From the NCBI GenBank assembly GCA_903929795.1, contig CAIYWC010000189.1, positions 549-64,548 of the forward strand: 64,000 nt of DNA, written 5' to 3'. The notes beneath the pieces were generated by a model, which worked only from the letters and a program-made list of their open reading frames with translations, was not told the origin of the DNA and made no database searches. The first letter of the stretch is position 1, and each line of letters starts with the position of its first letter. This document shows positions 1-9,355 of this stretch, piece by piece. The stretch comes from an uncultured Myxococcales bacterium (GTDB lineage Bacteria; Myxococcota_A; UBA9042). Made by a program: the position numbers and the translations under genes.

Positions 1-34
1 GTTCGTTCTGAGCCAGGATCAAACTCTCTGATAA
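1..34 (-). rRNA. rrs: 16S rRNA gene, 5' end only (continues off the left edge of the window)
   Basis: The reverse complement of 8-27 is AGAGTTTGATCCTGGCTCAG (universal 27F site), followed by AACGAAC. The mature 5' end is estimated ~7 nt upstream of the 27F site. Confidence 0.97.
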
Positions 35-107
35 TAGTACCGTGCTTCCAGCCTTGGCCGGAGCACGTAATTGTCGTGGCCCGTAACATATATTGGTTTG
101 CTATCCA

Positions 108-121
108 GTTTTCAAAGAGCG
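108..121 (-). promoter_or_regulatory. boxA antitermination element in the rrn leader
   Basis: The minus strand reads CGCTCTTTGAAAAC, close to the boxA consensus TGCTCTTTAACA. It lies between the promoter and the 16S 5' end. Confidence 0.75.
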
Positions 122-204
122 AGTCTGTAACCTAGGAACTTTGCAGCTCTTTCGGCCCTCTGCGCGTTCGGAGCACTTGGCCCCTTCGTTCGCAGCGGAT
201 GAGC

Positions 205-233
205 AGTGTGCGCTGGTTGGCCTCCGCTGTCAA
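205..233 (-). promoter_or_regulatory. rrn P2-like sigma-70 promoter
   Basis: Minus strand TTGACA (228-233), 17 bp spacer, CACACT (205-210), then GC-rich GCTCATCCGC. A-tract upstream (UP-like). Confidence 0.75.
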
Positions 234-516
234 GAACCTTTTTGGGGCCCTCGCAACTTTTTGCCGATTCGTTCCGCTTTGGCGCCGGTTCACGTACTGG
301 ACGTGGCCGGTTGAAAGCTGCTCCGGCCGGGTGAACTGTCGGTGACAGTTGCCTGGACGGCGCTGGAACGGTCGGCGCTTGCCTCGCGTTACACGCTGCG
401 CTGTTCGACGACCTGAAGCGGGACGGCGCGGGAAGCGCCGACTTTTCAGCAGGTTGTCGATTCACCGCGTTTGTTTGCCAGCTGCGCGAAGCAGCCGGCG
501 TTGGCGGCGGATGAGC

Positions 517-545
517 AGTGTAGGGCCTGTTGGCGTTGGTGTCAA
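517..545 (-). promoter_or_regulatory. rrn P1-like sigma-70 promoter
   Basis: Minus strand TTGACA (540-545), 17 bp spacer, TACACT (517-522), followed by the same GCTCATCCGC as P2. Confidence 0.8.
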
Positions 546-839
546 GCGCGTGACGGCCACGGTCCGTTCCGATGGCTGGGACGGTCTGCCGGGACGCGCG
601 GATGATCACGCCGGGCGACTGCGAGGCATCTGGAGACAGAACCGTGGAAGATTACGGCAGAAAGCGCGACGGGGAGCGCGGCCCGCCGCACGCTTTCGCG
701 CCTGCGGCTGACGGGTGCAGCCGTGCGGCAAGTCTTTGCCAGGATGGTTGACGCTTGCCCATAGTTTCCTTAGCGTTCTTGTCGTGGCGTTCGGCGTCTT
801 GTCGGACTTGCCCGGCGCTCGCGCGCACGAGAGGTTCCG

Positions 840-2378
840 ATGCAGTATCCGATATTCCGCCGCTCCCTGTGCGCGATCGCGCTCGCCGCCCTCCTGGGGG
901 GGTGCAGCGCCAAGGCTTCAACCAGCAACGACGTTTCCGCGACGAGCAATGACACCAGCGGCAGCGAGGACGCGCTCAGCGGCGGCGACGGGACGACCGC
1001 CACGGACATCGGCGGGCCCATCCAGGTGACCGAGGACTTTTGGGTCTCCTACCAACGCCACCAGCGCGTCGTGAACCCGGGCGACACGGTCTACAGCGAC
1101 CTGGTCCTTACCGCTTGGCAAAACGCCAAGTTGGCCGATTCTGGCAACATTTCGACGTTTGGCATGGGCGTCAGTCCGCTGGACGCCAGCAAACCGGCGT
1201 TTGAGTTCACGAAGTCCTCTTTCGCCGCCGCGGGTTTGAACTGCGATTCCGGATGCCTTGTCAGCCGCGATCTGGCGTTTGTCGCTGTCGCCACCGGCGC
1301 GGCATCGAGCAATGGCTACCAGTACCAGCTGGGCGCGCTGAACAAGCAACTGGCTGTATTCGTGGGTAAATTTGGCACAATCGACAACGTCGTCGACCTT
1401 CATTTTGGTGGCGGCAACCTGTTCTACTCGACGCGCGTTGGCTGCGCGGGCGGCGACACGCTGTGCCAGTACGCGATCCACGAGCGCAGCCTGGGCGTCC
1501 CGCTGCCCGGTGGCGCGACCGACGTAGTGCTGATTCCCAAGATGGCCCCTGACGGCGATCCGGACATCGTCAAGGACACGACCTACGGCGGCCACTTTCA
1601 GGTCAGCGACGACGGCCAAACCATCGTGATTCTCACGCCTACCATCCGGTCGATGAAGGTCTACGCCTGGCGCGCTGGCGTGCTGTCCAACCTCGACTAC
1701 ATCTGCGAACACCCCAACGGCTCCAGCTGCAGCGGCACCGGCTCGCAGTACCACGACACCGACAAGGTCGCGATCGGCCCGGACGGCAAGACCATCGTGC
1801 TGTTCACGATCGTCGACCGCTTCTTGCGGGCGCGAAAGTACGTGATCGGCTCCGAGATCGCGCCGACGTTTTCCAACCTGGTGGAGGTGCCGGCGGGCGA
1901 GTACCTGCAGCAGGCGTGCTCGGTCGTCCAAAAGGCGGGCTGGCAGCACGTGCAAGTCATTGGCCAGCCGTACTTTTCTGCCGACGGCCAGTTTATCTAC
2001 CACCAGGGCCTCAGCCACTGCTCGGACTCGCCGACGGACAAGGACTTCACGGACATCATGGCGTTGCCGGTCGCCAAGATCGGCGCTGCGATTGGCCCCG
2101 GCGACTGGATCAGCCTGACCAAGAATCCGCGCGATAACTCCACGAACAACAAGCGGATTTACAGCTTCAGCATGTCGCCGCAGCGCCAAGTGTTCTTGAT
2201 CTCAGCGACGGCGACGCAGGACCAATCGGGCGATCCGATCAAGGATGGCTCCAGCCGGGAGCTGAACGACTCGGAGCTGTACACGCTCATTGTCGGCGAT
2301 ACGGTGTGGCACGCGGTGACCAATGAGCTGCTCTACGACGCGCTGCTGCCGGATGGCGTGTTGCCGGTTTCTCCGTAA
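840..2378 (+). CDS. Lipoprotein with TolB/WD40-like beta-propeller features, function unknown
   Basis: GAGG RBS; lipobox LGGC; Ser/Asp-rich linker; SxDG/GPDGK/SADGQ propeller-type turns; paired Cys. Confidence 0.7.
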   Translation: MQYPIFRRSLCAIALAALLGGCSAKASTSNDVSATSNDTSGSEDALSGGDGTTATDIGGPIQVTEDFWVSYQRHQRVVNPGDTVYSDLVLTAWQNAKLADSGNISTFGMGVSPLDASKPAFEFTKSSFAAAGLNCDSGCLVSRDLAFVAVATGAASSNGYQYQLGALNKQLAVFVGKFGTIDNVVDLHFGGGNLFYSTRVGCAGGDTLCQYAIHERSLGVPLPGGATDVVLIPKMAPDGDPDIVKDTTYGGHFQVSDDGQTIVILTPTIRSMKVYAWRAGVLSNLDYICEHPNGSSCSGTGSQYHDTDKVAIGPDGKTIVLFTIVDRFLRARKYVIGSEIAPTFSNLVEVPAGEYLQQACSVVQKAGWQHVQVIGQPYFSADGQFIYHQGLSHCSDSPTDKDFTDIMALPVAKIGAAIGPGDWISLTKNPRDNSTNNKRIYSFSMSPQRQVFLISATATQDQSGDPIKDGSSRELNDSELYTLIVGDTVWHAVTNELLYDALLPDGVLPVSP

Positions 2379-2387
2379 TTTCATGGG

Positions 2388-2858
2388 CTAGCGGTGATAC
2401 GGCAGGCCCTTCCAGCGCGCCACGGCCCGATAGACCTGCTCCACCAGCACGACCTCCGCCAGCTCGTGCGGCAGCGTCATCGGCGAGAGCGAGAGCCGGG
2501 TCCGAGCCTGCTGCAGCAGCACGGGGTCATGGCCGTCCGGTCCGCCGATCGCGAACACGAGGTCTTTGCAACCCGTTTCGGCAAGTCCCTTGAACCACTC
2601 GAAAAATGCGTCTGAGTCCAGCTTCTGGCCGGCCGCATCCAGCGCCACCAAGTGCGCGCCCGGCGGAACCGCCGCCAGCATCGCGTCCGCTTCCAGCTTG
2701 CGCGCCGGCAGGTCCAGGCCGCCTTTGTGGCGTTTGGCCTCGCGCACGCCCGCGCGGGTCAGCGGCAGCACGCGCGCGATCCGCGCCGAGAGATCCAGCG
2801 ACCACGCGATCGCCGCCGGATGGTGCAGCTTGCCTGGCGTCACGATGTGGACCTTCAT
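2388..2858 (-). CDS. rlmH: 23S rRNA (pseudouridine1915-N3)-methyltransferase RlmH
   Basis: MKVHIVTPGK start; LVALD..G, FAIGGPDG, LSLSPMTLPHE, EQVYRA, LPYHR C-terminus. Start trimmed to the ATG at 2858. Confidence 0.95.
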   Translation of the reverse strand: MKVHIVTPGKLHHPAAIAWSLDLSARIARVLPLTRAGVREAKRHKGGLDLPARKLEADAMLAAVPPGAHLVALDAAGQKLDSDAFFEWFKGLAETGCKDLVFAIGGPDGHDPVLLQQARTRLSLSPMTLPHELAEVVLVEQVYRAVARWKGLPYHR

Positions 2859-3025
2859 GGCGCCTCGCACGCCCTGTCGCGGGCACAGGTGCGCATTGCG
2901 CGGCAGATCGCGCCCGGCGTCAACTCCGCGGTGCGGCGCGCAAGTCCGGGTGACAGTTGGATGACCGCCGCATCTTCCCGCCCGCTGCCAAGCCGCTATG
3001 CTGCGGGGTCTCAACCGGAGGTTCC

Positions 3026-4978
3026 ATGTTTCGTCGCCTGCCCCTGCCGTTTTTCGCCCTTCTGGTCGCCTGTTCGCCGGCTGCCAAGACGTTCACGCCG
3101 CCGGACGACATGCCGTTCCTGCACGTTATCCAGACGCCCGGCCAGCTGCCGTACATCGCCGACGCCTACGGCCGCCAGGTGATCCTGCGCGGCGTGAACA
3201 GCGAAGGCCTGGAGGACGAGGCGTGGCGCAGTGATCCGCTGAAGATGCCGATGTATTACCCGACCGATCCGGCGGCGTATCTGGGCAAATGTCCGGCGAA
3301 TTCCAACGAAGTTGCGGCGCCGCTCTGCGAGGTCGAGGCTGGCAAGGGCCGGTACGCGCAGTCGTCGGCTTTTGATTCCCAGAATGATTTCGCGCAGATG
3401 CGCCAGCGCGGCTTCACGTTTATCCGCCTGGCGCTGTCCTGGAGCCAGCTGGAAGCAGAGCCCGGCAACTACCAGACGCCGTACCTGGAGCAGGTCGCGC
3501 AGGTCGTGTCGTGGGCCAAGGAGCAGGGCGTGTACGTGCTGCTGGACATGCACGAGGATCAGTTCTCGCGATCGATTCAGGCCGACCCGGCCAAGCCATG
3601 CGCGCAAGGCACCGATCCGTCAGGTGGTTTTGACGGCGCGCCGGGCTGGGCAGCGCTCACGGATGGCCAGCCTTCCTGCGAGTCGTTTGGCCAGTCGGTG
3701 CTGAATGCGGCGGTGTCGGCGGCATTTGAGAACTTCTGGCGCAACGCCGAGGCGCCGGTTGCTCAGGGCAGCGCGCCAGGAAAAGGCTTGCAGGATCACT
3801 GGATTGGCGCCATGGCCGCGCTTGCCAAGCGCTTCAAGGACGAGCCCGCGGTCATCGGCTACGAGATCATCAACGAGCCCCAGCCCGGCGGCATTGCGGC
3901 CTACGACGTCAGCGACAACTACCTGTACCCGTTCTACGCGCACGTCATCCAGGCGCTGACCGGCGTGCGCGACGGCTTGCCGGACTGCGCCACCCTGCCC
4001 GCCGCGGCGACCTGCGCGTATCCGGACCTCGGCATCCACGACACCAACCACCTTGTGTTCTTTGAGCCGATCGCCGTGCGCAACCTCATCGACTACTCGC
4101 CGCAGCATTCCAAGCCATTTTCCAGCTATCCCAACCTGGTGTTCGCGCCGCACACGTACACGCACGTGTTCACGATCGACTCCTCGTTCCTGGGCTTCAA
4201 CGCGCAAAACAGCCCATACCCGCCCAGCTACGATTACGCCTACGCCACCGCTGCGGCCGAGGCGATCACGATGGGCACGGCGGTTTTCGTCACGGAATTC
4301 GGCGGCGGTTCGGGCGACGACGCGATCACGCTCGCGGGCGAATCGCGCGCGCAGGAGCACTGGGGCGTCGGCGCCTCGCTGTGGACCTGGAAATCCAACT
4401 GCAGCCTGGACCCGAAGGCGACGTGCGACGGCGCGTGGGCGTTCTTCGCGACGGCACCTTCGGGCCCGGGACCGCAACCGCAGAGCGGTCCGCCGGTGCC
4501 CTCGCGGGAAAAATACATGGTGCGCGTGGTGCCGCGGGCGACCAGCGGTCGGCTCGTGGACTACGCGTATGACCCGGACACGCGCGCATTCGCCCTGCAC
4601 GCCACGCAAGCGTCCGCGACCGCCGTGGGCGACAAGGCACACGAGACGCTTGTCTGGATCGCCGCAGACGTGACCGGCGCGGTCGCGGTGAGCGGTGCCG
4701 CGGTCCTGGACGAGGTGCAGACGATGCCCGATGGCAACCAATTCGCCTGGATCGCACCGACTGGCAGCGCGCCGTACACGGTGACCGTGGGCGACGCCGC
4801 CGCGCTGGATGCCAAGCTGACCGCCGCGCCGGCGCGGCAGCCGATCGACCAGCCGACCGCGAGCGCGACCTTCAAGAAGTTTGTCCTGGATTTGGAGAAC
4901 TCGCCCGACGCGAACTTGGCGACCAAGGCCACGCTTTTGCAGGGGATTGTCGAGGACGTCCTGAAGATCGCCTGGTAG
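3026..4978 (+). CDS. GH5 glycoside hydrolase (endoglycoceramidase-like) lipoprotein
   Basis: GGAGG RBS; lipobox LVAC; D.YGRQVILRGVN, IRL.LSWS.LE..PG, LLDMHED, acid/base GYEIINEP, nucleophile VTEFGG, and a C-terminal beta-sandwich (YAYDPDTR.F.L). Confidence 0.85.
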   Translation: MFRRLPLPFFALLVACSPAAKTFTPPDDMPFLHVIQTPGQLPYIADAYGRQVILRGVNSEGLEDEAWRSDPLKMPMYYPTDPAAYLGKCPANSNEVAAPLCEVEAGKGRYAQSSAFDSQNDFAQMRQRGFTFIRLALSWSQLEAEPGNYQTPYLEQVAQVVSWAKEQGVYVLLDMHEDQFSRSIQADPAKPCAQGTDPSGGFDGAPGWAALTDGQPSCESFGQSVLNAAVSAAFENFWRNAEAPVAQGSAPGKGLQDHWIGAMAALAKRFKDEPAVIGYEIINEPQPGGIAAYDVSDNYLYPFYAHVIQALTGVRDGLPDCATLPAAATCAYPDLGIHDTNHLVFFEPIAVRNLIDYSPQHSKPFSSYPNLVFAPHTYTHVFTIDSSFLGFNAQNSPYPPSYDYAYATAAAEAITMGTAVFVTEFGGGSGDDAITLAGESRAQEHWGVGASLWTWKSNCSLDPKATCDGAWAFFATAPSGPGPQPQSGPPVPSREKYMVRVVPRATSGRLVDYAYDPDTRAFALHATQASATAVGDKAHETLVWIAADVTGAVAVSGAAVLDEVQTMPDGNQFAWIAPTGSAPYTVTVGDAAALDAKLTAAPARQPIDQPTASATFKKFVLDLENSPDANLATKATLLQGIVEDVLKIAW

Positions 4979-4984
4979 AGGCGG

Positions 4985-5563
4985 CTACTCGATTTCCGTC
5001 AGCTCTTCGGGCTCGTCATCGCGCGCCAGCGCCGCCAGCTCCAGCGCTTCCTCGTCTTCCATCGCCAGTTCCGGGTCGTCGACCAGCGCCTGCGCGTCGC
5101 CGGCCTGCCATTTCACGCCCTGCCAGACCAGATCGGTGTAGGGCTCAGCTGAATCGTCATCACCGGCGATCTCATGGACCCAAGCCGGCTCCACAAGCTC
5201 CAGCTGCGGCGCGTCGGCAAACAAGCGCTCCAGCTCGTAGTACGCGCGCACCGGCTTGTGAAAGATGTGCACAACGATGTCGCCAAAGTCGATCAGCACC
5301 CAGCGCCCCGTCCGCCGGCCTTCCTCGCCGATGGCCTTTTGCCCCAGCTTCTTGCGCACTTCGTCTTCGACGTTGTCGGCAATCGCCATCGCCTGCCGCT
5401 CATTGCGCGCCGAGGCAATCACCATGAAATCGGTGTACTGGACGATCTCCTTGACGCGCAGCGCCATGACATCAAATCCTTTTTTCTCCCAGATCGCCTC
5501 AACCACCGTGAGCGCCAGCTTCTTGGAATACGCTGCGCTGTCGACCATTACGCTATCTGTCAT
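4985..5563 (-). CDS. rsfS: Ribosome silencing factor RsfS (Iojap) with long acidic C-terminal extension
   Basis: EKKG.DV, TDFMVIAS, WVLIDFGDIVVHIF, R.YYELERLF.DAP. Confidence 0.93.
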   Translation of the reverse strand: MTDSVMVDSAAYSKKLALTVVEAIWEKKGFDVMALRVKEIVQYTDFMVIASARNERQAMAIADNVEDEVRKKLGQKAIGEEGRRTGRWVLIDFGDIVVHIFHKPVRAYYELERLFADAPQLELVEPAWVHEIAGDDDSAEPYTDLVWQGVKWQAGDAQALVDDPELAMEDEEALELAALARDDEPEELTEIE

Positions 5564-5596
5564 TTCCGCTCCATCCTGTACCGTTGTGCCTGAACT

Positions 5597-6871
5597 TTAT
5601 TGGCGAATATGACCGTCGCCGACAATCAGCCAGCGTTCGGTCGTCAGCGAATCCAAGCCCATCGGCCCGTACGCGTGCAATTTGCTTGTTGAAATCCCGA
5701 TCTCCGCGCCCAGCCCGAGGCAGCTGCCGTCGTTCAACCGGGTCGACGCATTCACCACGACGCATGACGCATCCACGCCTTGCGCAAACCGGTGCGACGC
5801 CGCGATCTCGCGCGTCAGGATGCCTTCCGTGTGCCGCGAGCCGAACCGGCGGATGTGCGCGAGCGCGCCGTCCAAGTCGTCCACGACGTGCATCAGGCAG
5901 ACAAGATCGAGAAATTCATGACCATAATCCTGTGGTTGCGCCGGAACCGCCAATCCGCCCGCCCGCGCGATCGTCCGCTCGCACGCCCGCACCTGCACGC
6001 GCGCGGCCGCGAGCGCCTGCACCAGCATCGGCACGGCCTCATCGGCGATCGCCGCGTCCACCAGGATCGCCTCGGCGGCATTGCACACGCCCGGCCGCTG
6101 GGCCTTCGCGTTCACGACGACGCGCGTCGCCTGGTCCAGATCGGCCGCGCTGTGGACATAGAGGTGACAGACGCCCTGGTAGTGCTGGATGACCGGCACG
6201 CGCGCCACTTGCATAATAAAATCAATAAGCTGCGTGCCACCGCGCGGAATACACAGGTCCAAGCCATCGCGCTCCGACACCAGCGCCTCAATCGCGGCGC
6301 GCTCCGCCGTCGCCGGCTGCTGGACCGCATCGGGCGGTAGCCCCACGTCCCGCAGCGACCCGCGCAGGATCTCGATGAGCGCCGAATTGCTGTGGAGCGC
6401 TTCTGAACCGCCGCGCAGCACCACCGCGTTGCCCGCCTTGAGACACAGCGCCGCGGCATCGATCGTCACGTTCGGCCGCGATTCGTACACCATGCCGATC
6501 ACGCCGAGCGGGACGCGCTGCTTGCGGACCTCGAACCCTTGTGGCCGCACTTCGCCCGCCGTCAGCCGGCCCACGGGATCGGCCATCGCGGCGATCTCGT
6601 GCAGCGCGGTTACCAGCCCCTGGATCGCACGGTCATCCAGCCGGAGACGGTCGACCATCGCGCCGGAACGTCCCGCTTGCTCGGCGTTGTCCAGGTCGCG
6701 GCGATTGGCGACCGCGATCGCCGCGCGTTCAGCCAGCAGCCGGTCCGCCAGCTCCAGCAGCCAGCGGTTCTTCTGCGCGCCCGGCGCCTGCGCCATCGTC
6801 CACGACGCCTCGCGCGCCCGCTGGAGGACAGCGCGCGTCTCAGTTCGCAAAGCGGCGGGAAGATGGCTCAC
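5597..6871 (-). CDS. proA: Gamma-glutamyl phosphate reductase
   Basis: RVPLGVIGMVYESRPNVT, LKAGNAVVLRGGSEA, RPGVCNA, GLGAEIGISTSKLHAYGPMGL. The start (GTG 6871) is uncertain. Confidence 0.96.
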   Translation of the reverse strand: MSHLPAALRTETRAVLQRAREASWTMAQAPGAQKNRWLLELADRLLAERAAIAVANRRDLDNAEQAGRSGAMVDRLRLDDRAIQGLVTALHEIAAMADPVGRLTAGEVRPQGFEVRKQRVPLGVIGMVYESRPNVTIDAAALCLKAGNAVVLRGGSEALHSNSALIEILRGSLRDVGLPPDAVQQPATAERAAIEALVSERDGLDLCIPRGGTQLIDFIMQVARVPVIQHYQGVCHLYVHSAADLDQATRVVVNAKAQRPGVCNAAEAILVDAAIADEAVPMLVQALAAARVQVRACERTIARAGGLAVPAQPQDYGHEFLDLVCLMHVVDDLDGALAHIRRFGSRHTEGILTREIAASHRFAQGVDASCVVVNASTRLNDGSCLGLGAEIGISTSKLHAYGPMGLDSLTTERWLIVGDGHIRQ

Positions 6872-7241
6872 AATTCGTCGCTCCAGCCATAGGACTCGCA
6901 GCAGGGTAGGAGGCGGCGGGGTCGCCGTCAACGGTCTTCAGCCCGCGACCGCACGCGCGACACCGCGGTCGCCAGAGGGTTTCGCACATTATGAGACGTC
7001 GCGGCGGACAGCTTTTGGGTCGTCGACGCAAGGACGCGGCGCCAGACGCGCTGGACGCGAAGAGGTCGACGGATGCGGCGTACGAGACCGGACAAGCCGC
7101 GTCGCGCAAGGCGCCGGGCGGCGCCAGTCGTGCAAGAATCCCGGCCATTTTCCGCGCAAGCATCAGGCAAAAGACCGCGGGGATTTCAGGATTTTGCGAG
7201 CCATTTGTGCCTTTCAATCCGCCGGGATCGGCAAGAATTCC

Positions 7242-7270
7242 TTGCGCGCGCGCGTGCTCGCCCTTACGCT
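7242..7270 (+). promoter_or_regulatory. Putative sigma-70 promoter of map
   Basis: TTGCGC, 17 bp spacer, TACGCT, ~38 bp upstream of the map start. Confidence 0.5.
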
Positions 7271-7307
7271 GCGACGGTTTGGCGGCCCACCGTGGCTTGA
7301 GGCACAT

Positions 7308-8072
7308 GTGATTCAACGCAAATCCAGTGATCAAATCCGCAAGATGCGCGCCGCGGGCGTGATCGTCGGCGACACGCTGCGCATGCTGCGCGGGCTGTGC
7401 GTGGAAGGCGCGACGCTGAAGGACCTCGATCGCGCGGCCGAGACGCTAATCCGCAGCCGCGGCGCCAAACCGACATTCAAAGGATACCACGGGTTTCCGG
7501 CCACGCTTTGCATGTCCTTGAACAGCGAGGTCGTCCACGGAATTCCCAACGGCCGCAAGCTCAAGAGCGGCGACATCCTCTCGATCGACTGCGGCGCCAC
7601 AAAAGACGACTGGGTCGGCGACGCGGCGATCACCGTCATGGTCGGCGCCGTAACGCCCGAGGTCGCCGCGCTGGTCGAACAGACGCGGCTGAGCCTCGCC
7701 GCCGGCATCGCCACCGCCAAGGTCGGCGCGCGGTTGGGCGACATCGGCTGGGCCATCGAGTCGGTGATCACCAAGAAAGGCTACGGGATCGTGCGCGATT
7801 ACTGCGGCCACGGCGTCGGCCGCGCGCTGCACGAGGATCCGCAGGTACCCAACTATGGCAAGCCCGACACCGGACCGCGCATCCAATCGGGCTGGTGCCT
7901 CGCGCTGGAGCCGATGGTCAACCTCGGCGGCGACGACGTGCACACGCTGGGCGACGGCTGGACGGTCGTGACCGATGACGGCAAGCCGTCCGCGCATTGG
8001 GAGCACTCGATCGCCATTACCGACGAGGGCGTGGAGATCCTGACGTTGACGTCCGATGGCGAGTGGGCGTAG
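7308..8072 (+). CDS. map: Methionine aminopeptidase type I
   Basis: PTFKGYHGFP, VVHGIP, SIDCG...GD.A.T, GHGVGR.LHEDP, LEPMVN, SAHWEHSIAIT. GTG start after GAGG. Confidence 0.96.
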   Translation: MIQRKSSDQIRKMRAAGVIVGDTLRMLRGLCVEGATLKDLDRAAETLIRSRGAKPTFKGYHGFPATLCMSLNSEVVHGIPNGRKLKSGDILSIDCGATKDDWVGDAAITVMVGAVTPEVAALVEQTRLSLAAGIATAKVGARLGDIGWAIESVITKKGYGIVRDYCGHGVGRALHEDPQVPNYGKPDTGPRIQSGWCLALEPMVNLGGDDVHTLGDGWTVVTDDGKPSAHWEHSIAITDEGVEILTLTSDGEWA

Positions 8073-8081
8073 ACCGCTGGC

Positions 8082-8657
8082 ATGAAGAGCACGTGGCAAT
8101 CGATTCTGGCAGTGGCGGCGCTCCTGGCGGCATGCGGGACGCCGGCGGCGGCGGCCAAGGACGACACGGCGCAAGATGCGGCGGTCGATGGTCTCGAAGA
8201 CGTGGCGCTCAGCGACGCGACGACGCCCAGCGATGCCGTGGATGCGGCCGCCGATGCGACGCCCCAGGACGTGCAGGCGCTGTGCCTGACCGTAACCCCG
8301 AATCCCATCGATTTTGGCTCGGTCAAGCTGGGCAGCGGCGGGCTGCTGCACCCGGTCATCGCCAACTGCGGGCTTTTGGGCGTGTGCCTGACCGACCTGG
8401 AATTGCGGCTGCAAATGGCCAATGTCGGCGATTATGAACTGGTTCTGTCGGGCCTGCAGGCGATTTGCCCCGGTATGGACTTGAAGAAAGGCCCGAGCCC
8501 GACCGCCCCGTGCTGCCTGGCGCCCAACGCGAGCGTGACGCTGGACCTCTATTTCACGCCCCAGCAGGTCGGGACCGAGAGGACCGCGCAAATCTGGGTT
8601 CGTTGGAACGGCGCGCAGATCACCGTGCCCATCGACGGCACGGCGACGGCCAACTGA
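8082..8657 (+). CDS. Small lipoprotein with Ig-like (choice-of-anchor D/ASPM-like) domain
   Basis: Lipobox LAAC; DA-rich linker; V.P.PIDFGSV..G, I.NCG, L.P..S..L.L.FTP, VPIDG.A. Confidence 0.7.
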   Translation: MKSTWQSILAVAALLAACGTPAAAAKDDTAQDAAVDGLEDVALSDATTPSDAVDAAADATPQDVQALCLTVTPNPIDFGSVKLGSGGLLHPVIANCGLLGVCLTDLELRLQMANVGDYELVLSGLQAICPGMDLKKGPSPTAPCCLAPNASVTLDLYFTPQQVGTERTAQIWVRWNGAQITVPIDGTATAN

Positions 8658-8734
8658 AGTTCTTTTCAAGGCTGCCGCGGCAAAATCCGCACACGCGCGA
8701 ATACCTTCCGGAGCCCAAGCTCCCGGAGGTGCTG

Positions 8735-9355
8735 ATGTGGTGGTTTGGCACGAATTGCGCGGGCTGCGGCGTTCGCTTGGCGCTGGGCACAACCAACTGT
8801 TTTTGCGAAGGTTGTCTGCCGGCGGTGGAGCGCGCGCAGCAGTGGCGGCCCGTCGGGACGCTGCCGATCGCCGCGGCCTGGGCGTACACGGGCCCGCTGC
8901 AGGCGTGGATTGCCCGGTGCAAGAACGGGATGCTCAGCGACCCGCGCGCGCTCCTGCCGCCCATGCGCCAGCTGCTGGAGCAAGTGACCCAGGACGACGC
9001 GGTGCTGCTTGTGGCGGTTCCGCCCGAGCCGACGCGGTTGCGCCAGCGCGGCCTGCACGTGCCGGATCTGCTGGTCGACCAGCTGCGTGGCCCGCGGGCG
9101 CAGCGTGCGTGGCTGCTCGAACGGTTGGATCGCGCACCGGTGCGCCGCGATCGCGTGCGTGCGCCTCCCGTGTTGCGCGCGCTCGGGACCCATGCGCCGC
9201 GGCCGATCGTGCTGGTCGACGACGTCGTGACGACGGGCCAAACCCTGACGACGGCGGCCGATGCGCTGCGGGGCGCTGGGCTGTCCGTGCTGGCGGCGAT
9301 CTGCCTGATGGACGCGCGACCCCAGGTCCTGGCGCAGGTCCTGGCTCAGGGGTGA
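8735..9355 (+). CDS. comF: ComF-family phosphoribosyltransferase-like protein
   Basis: N-terminal CxxC...CxxC zinc ribbon, VPP...RLRQRG, LVDDVVTTGQTL PRT motif; GGAGG RBS. Confidence 0.85.
   Translation: MWWFGTNCAGCGVRLALGTTNCFCEGCLPAVERAQQWRPVGTLPIAAAWAYTGPLQAWIARCKNGMLSDPRALLPPMRQLLEQVTQDDAVLLVAVPPEPTRLRQRGLHVPDLLVDQLRGPRAQRAWLLERLDRAPVRRDRVRAPPVLRALGTHAPRPIVLVDDVVTTGQTLTTAADALRGAGLSVLAAICLMDARPQVLAQVLAQG

Noticed and set aside
6872-7307. Small ORFs or a riboswitch in the proA-map divergent spacer
   Set aside because: The ORFs lack an RBS and recognisable motifs. One GC hairpin (GCGACCGC/GCGGTCGC) is not enough to call an RNA element.
8746-8760. sigma-54 promoter for comF (TGGCACG..)
   Set aside because: It lies inside the coding start and lacks a correctly spaced TTGC.
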